A stretch of DNA of 64,000 nucleotides from an uncultured Acidobacteriaceae bacterium. Lineage in GTDB: Bacteria; Acidobacteriota; Terriglobia; Terriglobales; Acidobacteriaceae. Of the stretch, positions 6,700-14,792 are shown piece after piece; the stretch's first letter is position 1; the number at the start of each line of letters is the position of its first letter. Made by a program: the position numbers and the translations under genes. The DNA lies in the NCBI GenBank assembly GCA_963836305.1, contig CAWIJP010000015.1:45900-109899 (forward strand). The letters run 5' to 3'. Below the pieces are notes generated by a model, which saw nothing but the letters and a program-made list of their open reading frames with translations, was not told the DNA's origin and searched no databases.

Positions 6700-9618
6700 A
6701 TGTCTCGAAACAGAGTTCAAAATAGAGTTCAAAATAGAGTTCAAAGTAAAGTTCGAAACAAAGTTCGCAATAAGTCGAGAAATAAATCTCGGATCAACCA
6801 TCTGCGACCACTCACTGGCCTGCTGGCCGCGGGGCTGAGCTTTCCGGCGCTGGCTGCTGCTCAGTCCGTGCAGTATCCAACCTACCTCACTGGACCGCAG
6901 CCGAACGGCTCGTGGGTCGTCAGCTCTGGCCAGATCATCAACCCGGCTGGCCTGCAAGTAAACCTCGGCATCCGGGTCCGGGCGAAAGCCGTCGCGCTGA
7001 ACCCCAATCTGAAGACTCACACCGCAGCCGTGCTCACCATGGGTACGTCGACCAGCGATGGCAACGGAGCCGTCGAGGTGTTCGACACTCAGACGGGGAT
7101 TGTCCTGCAGAACTACATCCCGTTCGGAGGACTGGATCCGAGCGGCAGCTATAGCGGCATAGCCTATTCGGCGGACGGCTCGCACCTGGTGTTCAGCCAG
7201 GACAGCAGCAATGTCACCGTCGCCAGTGTCACTGACGAGGGCTTGCTGGAAGATGACGCTCAAGTCAGCGTACCGCCGAACAATTCTTTCATCACCTGCT
7301 TCCCGAACAGTCCTCCGGCCGCTTATGCCAATCCATGCGGCTCGTTCTATTCTCCGAGCACTTCCTATCCTGGCGGCGTCGCGATCTCAAGCGATGGCAG
7401 AAGCGCCTACGCGCTGCTAAACCAGAACGATACGCTCACCAAGATCGACCTGACCGTGAAGCCGCCGAAGCAGCGCACGCAGATCCGCGTCGGCAACGCG
7501 CCACACAGCATCGTGATCAACAGCATCGGCACGACTGCCTACGTCAGCAACGAGGGTGGCCGGGCCGCTACACAGTCTGACTTCCAGATCAACTCCGCCG
7601 GCACTGAAATCGTCGCCGACCCGGTGGTCGGCGCCGCGATCACCGGTACTGTCTCAGTAGTTAATCTGGCCACGATGAAGGTCACCGCTAACATCTCGAC
7701 CGGTTTGCACCCGACAGGGATGGCATGGTACGGACAGTCCCTGTTGGTCGCCAATACCTACAGCGACACCATCTCGGTGATCAACACGGCCACCAACGAG
7801 GTGACCCGGACGATCGACCTTGGGCTGCCGATCGGCGTGCCCGGCACAGGTCAACCGGCTTATGGCGCTGCGCCGAATTCGATCGCCGTCAATGGCAAGG
7901 CAGGCGTTGCTTACGTCGCGCTTTACAATGCGAACGCGATCGGGGTGGTCAACCTAAGCGCGGGTGCGAGCAATCCAGTCATGGGCATGATCCCGGTAGC
8001 GTATGCGCCGAGCTCGGTCGTGCTGGATGCGGCCGCTAACGTGCTCCTCGTTGCCAACGATAAAGGCATCGGCGCGCGTGAATCGTTCGAGTGCGATCAC
8101 GGCGTCTGCAGCTACAACACCCACCAGGACAATGGCACCGTCAGTATCGTCCCCGTGCCGGATAGCACGACCCTGGCGACCATGACGGAGCAGGTTTTCG
8201 TGAACAACCACTGGGATCTGAAGCAAAATATCGCGTCTGCCTCCGGTGGCTCCCCGAGCGCCAAGCCAGTCGCACTCCCGAACAAGATCGGCGATCCGTC
8301 GCTGATCAAGCACGTGTTCCTGATCGTCCGTGAAAATCGCACCTATGATCAGATTCTGGGCGATGTGGCCGCCGGCGATGGCGACGCTTCGTTGGCTGTG
8401 TTCGGTGGCAAGGACACGCCCAACGTGCACCGTCTGGTAAAGCGTTTCCCTCTCTTCGACAATTTCTACGACCCAAGCCGGCAATCGGCTGACGGTCACC
8501 AGTGGATCACCGAGGGCATGGCACCCTACGCCGACGACATTCAGTCCCCGGACTGGGTTCGCAGCTATCCTGGTGGGAACGCCGGCGATGCACTCGCCTA
8601 TCAGAACAAGGGCTTCCTGTTCTCGGAGGCGGCAGCCATCGGTCAGACGGTGAAAATCTACGGCGAATACGTTGAGAACGATACTTTCCTGCAACCGACT
8701 GGCTCGACCAGCGAACCGAGCTGGAGCGAGTTCTACACTGACGCGCAGAACTTCGAGGCTGGGAAAGAGAAGACCCTGTACTATCAGAACACAGTACAGG
8801 CACAGTCCTCTCTCCCTGCCGTATCCAACCATCTCATCAAGAACTTCCCGCAGTTCGATCTGGGCATTCCAGATCAGTTCCGCGTCGATGTCTGGGTGCA
8901 GGATTTTCAGAATGACGTAAAAGCCGGCACGGTGCCCACGTTGAGTATCCTGTGGGTAATGTGCGACCACACCGGCGGCCCGCCAACTCCGGACGCCGAA
9001 CAGGCCGACAACGACCTGGCCGTCGGGCGGATTATCGACTACATCAGCCACAGCAACGTGTGGTCCACCTCGGCGATCTTCATCGAGGAGGATGACGCGC
9101 AGAACGGCGTCGACCACGTCGACGGTCATCGCAGCCCTGGGTATATTGTCAGCCCATACGTTGTGCAGAACGGACCCACCGACCACACCTACTACACCCA
9201 GGTCAACATGACTCGGACGATCGAGCAAATCCTCGGTCTGCCGCCCATGAACCAGTTTGACCTCGTGGCGTCGCCAATGAGGACGTCTTTCGTCAAGGGC
9301 ACGCCGCCCGCGGGCAACTTCGCCCCGTGGTCACATGTGCTGAACCAGGTTCCGCTGGACGAGGGCGTTTCAGACAGCGTAGCCGACCCGGCTACCAGCC
9401 ATAAGGTCAAAGCCCTGAGGGCGGCGTGGCTGCAGAAGAAGGCGCAGATCTTCGCCGGCAAACTAACCAAACCCGACTCCGAAGACCCGGACACGGTGAA
9501 CCATTTTAACTGGTATATGTCCACCGGGTTTACGCGGCCGTATCCGGGCGAGAGCCAGGTTCGCCCCCCTAGCGACTTCAACAAACCAGCACCCACCACT
9601 GCTGACTTGGACGACTAA
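6700..9618 (+). CDS. Secreted YVTN/YncE-type beta-propeller fused to a phosphoesterase (phospholipase C / AcpA acid-phosphatase family) domain
   Basis: ATG 6700 is preceded by AGGAGGA (6684-6690). Sec-type signal 'LLAAGLSFPALAAAQS'. Propeller repeats include 'TAYVSNEGG', 'LLVANTYSDTISVINTATNEV' and 'VAYVALYNANAIGVVNL'. Phosphoesterase signatures: 'IKHVFLIVRENRTYDQILGD', 'DGHQWITEG' and 'EEDDAQNGVDHVDGHRS'. Confidence 0.85.
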   Translation: MSRNRVQNRVQNRVQSKVRNKVRNKSRNKSRINHLRPLTGLLAAGLSFPALAAAQSVQYPTYLTGPQPNGSWVVSSGQIINPAGLQVNLGIRVRAKAVALNPNLKTHTAAVLTMGTSTSDGNGAVEVFDTQTGIVLQNYIPFGGLDPSGSYSGIAYSADGSHLVFSQDSSNVTVASVTDEGLLEDDAQVSVPPNNSFITCFPNSPPAAYANPCGSFYSPSTSYPGGVAISSDGRSAYALLNQNDTLTKIDLTVKPPKQRTQIRVGNAPHSIVINSIGTTAYVSNEGGRAATQSDFQINSAGTEIVADPVVGAAITGTVSVVNLATMKVTANISTGLHPTGMAWYGQSLLVANTYSDTISVINTATNEVTRTIDLGLPIGVPGTGQPAYGAAPNSIAVNGKAGVAYVALYNANAIGVVNLSAGASNPVMGMIPVAYAPSSVVLDAAANVLLVANDKGIGARESFECDHGVCSYNTHQDNGTVSIVPVPDSTTLATMTEQVFVNNHWDLKQNIASASGGSPSAKPVALPNKIGDPSLIKHVFLIVRENRTYDQILGDVAAGDGDASLAVFGGKDTPNVHRLVKRFPLFDNFYDPSRQSADGHQWITEGMAPYADDIQSPDWVRSYPGGNAGDALAYQNKGFLFSEAAAIGQTVKIYGEYVENDTFLQPTGSTSEPSWSEFYTDAQNFEAGKEKTLYYQNTVQAQSSLPAVSNHLIKNFPQFDLGIPDQFRVDVWVQDFQNDVKAGTVPTLSILWVMCDHTGGPPTPDAEQADNDLAVGRIIDYISHSNVWSTSAIFIEEDDAQNGVDHVDGHRSPGYIVSPYVVQNGPTDHTYYTQVNMTRTIEQILGLPPMNQFDLVASPMRTSFVKGTPPAGNFAPWSHVLNQVPLDEGVSDSVADPATSHKVKALRAAWLQKKAQIFAGKLTKPDSEDPDTVNHFNWYMSTGFTRPYPGESQVRPPSDFNKPAPTTADLDD
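6709..6792 (+). repeat. In-frame 12-bp tandem repeat (7 units) encoding a poly-basic (N/S)(R/K)(V/S)(Q/R) tract
   Basis: aacagagttcaa / aatagagttcaa / aatagagttcaa / agtaaagttcga / aacaaagttcgc / aataagtcgaga / aataaatctcgg. Translates to NRVQNRVQNRVQSKVRNKVRNKSRNKSR, directly after Met-Ser-Arg and before the hydrophobic signal core. Confidence 0.9.
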
Positions 9619-9639
9619 AGCCGTTCCGACTGTAACCGA

Positions 9640-9671
9640 CCTCTCCCCGATAACAGGGGAGAGGTTTTTTT
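9640..9671 (+). terminator. Rho-independent terminator of the phosphoesterase gene
   Basis: Stem CCTCTCCCC (9640-9648), loop GATAACA, stem GGGGAGAGG (9656-9664), then T7 (9665-9671). It lies 22 nt after the TAA at 9616-9618. Confidence 0.75.
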
Positions 9672-9672
9672 G

Positions 9673-10581
9673 TCAGGCCTGGAAATACTGCATATTCTCA
9701 AGATCGGCGATAAGGCCCGGTCCCGTTGGTTTCCACCCCAACTGTTTCCGTGTTTGCGCACTGGAAGCCGGCATGTCGAAGCCCGCGAACATCGCAAGCC
9801 AGCCAAAGTGAGCTTGCGCTTGCTCTGGAGAAAGGCTGACTACAGGCACCTTCAACCCTTTGCCAATCACCGCAGCAATTTCCCGCATCGGTATCCCTTC
9901 TTCAGCCACCGCGTTGTACCTGCTTCCCGTTTCCCGCTTCTCCAATGCGAGCCTGTAGAGATGGGCAACGTCCCGAACATGCGCCGCCGGCCAGCGATTG
10001 AGTCCCTCACCGATATATGCCGACACTCCCTTCTCGCGGGCCACTTGGACCGCGTAGGTGATCAGGCCCTGCTTGACCGTGTCATGGACCTGGGGAAGGC
10101 GCACCACCGACACGTTCACTCCGCGCCCCGCCACGGAAGCTCCTGCGACTTCCGAGCCCTTACGAGGATTTGGGTGGTTGGCATCGAAGTGATGTTCGGT
10201 TGCGGGTTGCCCTGGAACACCATTGCCCATCCCGGTTCCGGAAGTGATGAGGAGCGGGCGGTCGGACCCGATGAGCGCGGCGCCGAGAGCTTCGATTGCG
10301 CGCTTGTCCTTCTCGCAGACCTCAGCGAACTTGGAGAAGTCCTGGCCGAAGGCGCTGTGGTCGAAGGCGAGGTGAATCACGCCATCGGCATGGGCAGCGC
10401 CGCTGCGCAGGGTCTCCACATCTTCAAGATTCCCTCGATGCACCTCGGCGCCAGTGGCGATCAAGGATTGAGCCCCAGCCTCGCTGCGAGCGAGGCCGAG
10501 TACCTGATGGCCGGCGTTAATTAATTCCTGAACGGTGGTATACCCGATAAAACCTGTAGCACCCGTAACAAATACTTTCAT
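9673..10581 (-). CDS. NAD(P)-binding SDR-family oxidoreductase (atypical/extended SDR, NmrA/epimerase-like)
   Basis: 302 aa. N-terminal Rossmann motif 'MKVFVTGATGFIGYTTVQELINAGHQVLGLAR'. Lies downstream of the AKR gene on the same strand (43-bp gap). Confidence 0.85.
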   Translation of the reverse strand: MKVFVTGATGFIGYTTVQELINAGHQVLGLARSEAGAQSLIATGAEVHRGNLEDVETLRSGAAHADGVIHLAFDHSAFGQDFSKFAEVCEKDKRAIEALGAALIGSDRPLLITSGTGMGNGVPGQPATEHHFDANHPNPRKGSEVAGASVAGRGVNVSVVRLPQVHDTVKQGLITYAVQVAREKGVSAYIGEGLNRWPAAHVRDVAHLYRLALEKRETGSRYNAVAEEGIPMREIAAVIGKGLKVPVVSLSPEQAQAHFGWLAMFAGFDMPASSAQTRKQLGWKPTGPGLIADLENMQYFQA

Positions 10582-10624
10582 GAATTGTCCTTCCTGAATC
10601 GATGATGAATGACGGCGCGGACGG

Positions 10625-11512
10625 CTACTGATCCCCTCGACCTCGACCGATTGCGTCGAGATCTGCGAGTACTTCAGCTGGAATCTGAAGCGTCGCGGCC
10701 TTCAAATTCTCGCGGAGATGTGCCACGGAAGATGTTCCCGGGATCAATAAGATGTTGGGGGATCGATGGAGAAGCCAGGCTAACGCAACCTGCATGGGCG
10801 TGGCTTTGAGTGATGCCGCGGACGAGTCGAGTGCTGACGACTGTAACGGCGTGAAGCCTCCCAGCGGGAAAAATGGAACGTAAGCGATACCTTGGGCAGC
10901 CAGATCATCAATGAAGGCGTCATCGTTCCTTCGGGCCACGTTGTAGAAATTCTGCACGCACACGATCTCGGTAATGGTTCGAGCCTCCGACAGCTGCTTA
11001 GGGGTTATATTGCTCAGTCCGATATGACGAATCAGTCCCTGACCCTTAAGTTCGGCAAGCACCGCCAGCGGTTCCTCAATCGAACCTTCCGCTGGTTCGA
11101 GCATTCCTCCAACGCGGAGGTTTACAACATCAATGTGATCGAGCCCGAGATTTCTCAGGTTGTCATGAACGCCGTCGATGAGCTCCTGGCGAGAAAGAGC
11201 ATGAATCCAGGACTTGTCTGAACCGCGGCGAGCGCCAAGTTTGGTGACGATCACGAGATCATCCGAATAAGGATGCAGCGCCTGCTTGATGATCTGATTG
11301 GTCACGTGCGGTCCGTAATAGTCGCTGGTATCAATATGGTTTACCCCGGACTCGACTGCCTCGTGAAGAACAGCAATGGCGGCATCGATGTCCCGCGGCG
11401 GTCCCCACACGCCGGGTCCGGCGAGCTGCATCGCACCGTATCCCATGCGGTTCAAGGTCATCGATGTACCGGCAAGAGTGAAGCTTCCAGCAAGATCAGG
11501 TTGTTTAATCAT
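10625..11512 (-). CDS. Aldo/keto reductase
   Basis: 'MGYGAMQLAGPGVWGPP', 'GVNHIDTSDYYG' and 'IRHIGLSN' are AKR signatures. ATG at 11512 has AAGGAGGA upstream, so the ORF-track start at 11536 is probably an over-extension. Confidence 0.9.
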   Translation of the reverse strand: MIKQPDLAGSFTLAGTSMTLNRMGYGAMQLAGPGVWGPPRDIDAAIAVLHEAVESGVNHIDTSDYYGPHVTNQIIKQALHPYSDDLVIVTKLGARRGSDKSWIHALSRQELIDGVHDNLRNLGLDHIDVVNLRVGGMLEPAEGSIEEPLAVLAELKGQGLIRHIGLSNITPKQLSEARTITEIVCVQNFYNVARRNDDAFIDDLAAQGIAYVPFFPLGGFTPLQSSALDSSAASLKATPMQVALAWLLHRSPNILLIPGTSSVAHLRENLKAATLQIPAEVLADLDAIGRGRGDQ

Positions 11513-11570
11513 TTCGTTCCTCCTTGCTACAATCATTTGATGAAGGATTCTTCAGGTTTGGAGTTCGCAT

Positions 11571-12209
11571 ATGTCAGCTGACGCCATCGTCGCATTTGAG
11601 CCAAGAAAAACGCCCGTCCAAGCGAGGTCAACGGTCACGGTCGAGGCGATTTCTGAGGCGACTATTCAGGTTTTGCTAAGCCACGGAGCAGACCGATTGA
11701 CGACGACACGGGTCGCCCAGCGTGCTGGTGTCTCGGTGGGCACACTGTATCAGTACTATCCCCATAAGCAGTCGCTGTTGTTTGCGGTGCTGGAAAATCA
11801 TCTCAATAATGTCATTTCGAGGGTAGAGGCTACATGCGAGGACGCGTGTCACAAGCCGCTAGCCGAAATGATTAAAGAAATGGTGGAGGCGTTCGTTGAC
11901 GCCAAGATGGACCGCGCAGACATCTCCGTGGCGCTCTATCGGCTCGGAGCCGACGTGGGTGGGCCTGCCTTGATCAAACGGATCAACCAACGGTCTCGGA
12001 AAGCGGTTGAGGCGATGCTGGAGACCGCGTCCGACATCCAGTCGCCACCCGACAAATTCGCCATCGACATAATGCTCTCAGCCATGGCAGGCGCGATGCG
12101 TTCCTTGCTGGAGGCTGGGCCATCCCCTGCCACAGTGCGCAAAGCGCGAGAGCAACTCGTGCTCCTTTGTCAGTCATACATGACGGCCGCGACAGCAAAA
12201 CGCGTCTAG
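11571..12209 (+). CDS. TetR/AcrR-family transcriptional regulator
   Basis: N-terminal HTH 'TTTRVAQRAGVSVGTLYQYYPHKQSLL'. Divergent from the AKR-SDR pair (58-bp gap), the classic TetR arrangement. Confidence 0.9.
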   Translation: MSADAIVAFEPRKTPVQARSTVTVEAISEATIQVLLSHGADRLTTTRVAQRAGVSVGTLYQYYPHKQSLLFAVLENHLNNVISRVEATCEDACHKPLAEMIKEMVEAFVDAKMDRADISVALYRLGADVGGPALIKRINQRSRKAVEAMLETASDIQSPPDKFAIDIMLSAMAGAMRSLLEAGPSPATVRKAREQLVLLCQSYMTAATAKRV

Positions 12210-12247
12210 AGCATTCATTGGGTTTGCCGACTCGTGATTCCCAAATA

Positions 12248-13060
12248 CTACTTAGGCAGTGGTTCTTGGATACTTCGGAAGTACATTTGTGGCGTCGCTC
12301 CCAGCATCTTCCGGAACATTTCAATAAAGGCACTCACGCTGTCATAACCAACCGCAACAGCCGCCTCCGTTACAGACTTTCCCTGAGCAAGCATTTCAAG
12401 CGCAGCGAACAGCCGTACCTGCTGCCGCCAACGGCCAAACGACATACCTGCCTCAGCGGAAAAAGCACGCATGAAAGTACGGCGGGACATACCAGCAAAA
12501 CGAGCCCAGTCGTCCAATCCGCGGTCGTCGCCAATATCATCCAGCAGAGCATGAGCAACTCTGGCCAGCCTCTTGTCTCCGGGCAGGGGCAAACGCAAAG
12601 GCTGTCGTTCGGGCTGCGCAATCTCATCACGAAGAACTGTGATGAGGCGCTTCCTCGCTGGGTTGAGCGGGTGCCGGGGATTCCATGCGAGAACACGCTG
12701 AACGATTGCAAACAATAACCCGGATGAACTAAACAGACAGGGCGTCCTGGGCAGTCCACGGCACATCGCCGCGGACAAGTAAACCATGGAGCCCGCCGTG
12801 CCCCCCACGGAGCGAGCCTTGTGCATGCAATCGGGAGGAATCCACGCACAACGCTGAGCGGGAAACATCCACCGTTCACCGCCCGCTTCCACAGCCAGCA
12901 GTCCTCGAGTCAACGCGAAGAACTGTCCACGTGCGTGACTGTGCTCGGGCGCCCAATCCTCCGCCGCGCGCCTGTCGAAGGCAAATGCAAGTACTGGCAC
13001 GTCGCTCTCGACGAGACGGCGCAGTTCCTCCACATTCACATTCTTTGGGATCGAGAACAT
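12248..13060 (-). CDS. AraC-family transcriptional regulator (cupin sensor + HTH)
   Basis: Cupin-like 'HSHARGQFFALTRGLLAVEAGGERWMFP'. C-terminal AraC HTH 'FAGMSRRTFMRAFSAEAGMSFGRWRQQVRL..AVAVGYDSVSAFIEMFRKMLGATP'. Confidence 0.85.
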   Translation of the reverse strand: MFSIPKNVNVEELRRLVESDVPVLAFAFDRRAAEDWAPEHSHARGQFFALTRGLLAVEAGGERWMFPAQRCAWIPPDCMHKARSVGGTAGSMVYLSAAMCRGLPRTPCLFSSSGLLFAIVQRVLAWNPRHPLNPARKRLITVLRDEIAQPERQPLRLPLPGDKRLARVAHALLDDIGDDRGLDDWARFAGMSRRTFMRAFSAEAGMSFGRWRQQVRLFAALEMLAQGKSVTEAAVAVGYDSVSAFIEMFRKMLGATPQMYFRSIQEPLPK

Positions 13061-13233
13061 GAATCTTCGAGATCGACCCTTTCCCGATAAAAATCGCCAC
13101 TTTCTCGTTAGCAGGCAAAAACGAATGTGGCTAGAGTACGGGGCAGATTAGCGAAAGGCAAGAAAAGGAACCAAACACACTTCGAAGAATGTACTGATCG
13201 AAACACATTCAGTCATTGTGAAAGGACGCGAAC

Positions 13234-14202
13234 ATGAACGCTGCCGTGCTACACACTCTCAATCAACCCCCTCTCTTCCAGCAGTTTCCCGAACCCGTTG
13301 CGGAAGAAAACGAGGTGATCGTTCACGTTCGGGCCGCGGCGCTCAAACCCGTCGATAAGCAACTGGCCAGCGGTTCGCACTACGCGGCGCACGGCAAACT
13401 GCCGGTCGTGTGCGGCATGGATGGAGTCGGGCACCTTGACGACGGTACGCGGGTGTTCTTCGGTGGCCCTCGGCCGCCGTACGGTAGCATGGCGGAACGC
13501 ACTGTCGTGCCGCGGGCGCGCTGTTTTCCGATCCCCGACAACGTTGACGATGACATCGCCGCAGCTGTGGTAAACCCCGGCCTGTCTGCCTGGGGTGCGC
13601 TTGTCTGGCGTGCGCAACTTGCTCCGGGCGAGACTGTCTTAATCCTCGGTGCAACCGGAGTCACGGGCAAGCTCGCCATTCAAATGGCCAAGCTCCTTGG
13701 CGCTGGGCGGGTAATTGCGGTCGGACGGAACGAACAAGTTCTGAATACCCTTCACGGCCTCGGAGCCGACGCGACCATCCGCCTCGACGAGCCCGGCCAG
13801 GATCTCATCGAAGTGTTCGTTCGCGAAGCTGGGGACAGCGGCTTCGACGTCATCCTCGACTACCTTTGGGGTCCTATTACCGAAGCTCTTCTTACCGCCA
13901 TTGCACGAAAAGACTTGAAGCCAGCGTCTTCCAGAATTCGTCTGGTTGAGGTTGGCGAGAACGCGGGTCCTACTATTTCGCTACCCGCCGCGGTGCTGCG
14001 AAGCTCGCGCTTGGAACTTCTTGGAGCCGGATCCGGCAACGCCCCTGCGTCACCTGAGATATGGATCGGAGCCGTTCGGCAGCTGATGTCCAATGTTGCT
14101 CGCGGTGCACTGCGCATCGACATTGAGCGGGTACCGTTAGAGGAAGTAGAGAATGCTTGGCAACAGGAACGGCAAGGTAGGAGAGCCGTCATCATTCCAT
14201 AG
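13234..14202 (+). CDS. Medium-chain dehydrogenase/reductase (quinone oxidoreductase-like)
   Basis: 322 aa. GroES-like N-terminus and Rossmann 'VLILGATGVTGKLAIQMAKLLGAGRVIAVGR'. Divergent from the AraC gene. Confidence 0.85.
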   Translation: MNAAVLHTLNQPPLFQQFPEPVAEENEVIVHVRAAALKPVDKQLASGSHYAAHGKLPVVCGMDGVGHLDDGTRVFFGGPRPPYGSMAERTVVPRARCFPIPDNVDDDIAAAVVNPGLSAWGALVWRAQLAPGETVLILGATGVTGKLAIQMAKLLGAGRVIAVGRNEQVLNTLHGLGADATIRLDEPGQDLIEVFVREAGDSGFDVILDYLWGPITEALLTAIARKDLKPASSRIRLVEVGENAGPTISLPAAVLRSSRLELLGAGSGNAPASPEIWIGAVRQLMSNVARGALRIDIERVPLEEVENAWQQERQGRRAVIIP

Positions 14203-14792
14203 TTGGATGGGCGAGTTGGATGGGCGCAATTTGCAAATTGCAGGTGTGGCAACTCGAATTTCGCTAGTGCGGCAGTGGGCCCGGCGATTCCCTGCGTATT
14301 GCCGGCAAACCTTACCTTACCGGATCAAATAGAGGAGAGAGAGTCGTTTGAGAGACTCTTTCCGCTTTGGTTCTCGAGCCAGACCCGTTTTGAGATCACC
14401 CATAAACTGTGGCAGTTCCGCCCCTTTCCGGCTTAGAGTAGTGTGTGAGGCGACCTGAAGTTGGCGCGACGCAATCGGTATGCGGCGGACGTACCCCGAT
14501 CGGCCGCAGAAACGGCAGAAGGTCGTCGAGCATCTCGCAGTCCGCCATTCGCGTTCCCCGTCGTGTTGGTCCAAAGCTCGGTTGACGAGATCGAATAACG
14601 CCGGGAAGGACAAGTTCATGGTGCGAGCAATACAGTTTCCCGCAAAAATCCTATCGCGGGACAGACCGCCGAAACACGGCTCGGGCATGTTTTCGCCGAG
14701 TCCGTGCTCAGCCTGCAAAAGTTGATAAGGGTAACAGCAATAGTGCGCCGGCGATAATAACACCGGAGCGGGAACAACAACGAAGGAGAAGA

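Noticed and set aside
7954-9228. 424-aa minus-strand ORF inside the phosphoesterase gene
   Set aside because: It is antisense to a region with clear phosphoesterase motifs. Its composition is low-complexity (R/V/A/D-rich) and it has no start-site signals.
9670-10524. 284-aa plus-strand ORF overlapping the SDR gene
   Set aside because: It is antisense to the Rossmann-fold SDR, whose N-terminal TGATGFIG motif is unambiguous. It also begins inside the terminator T-tract.
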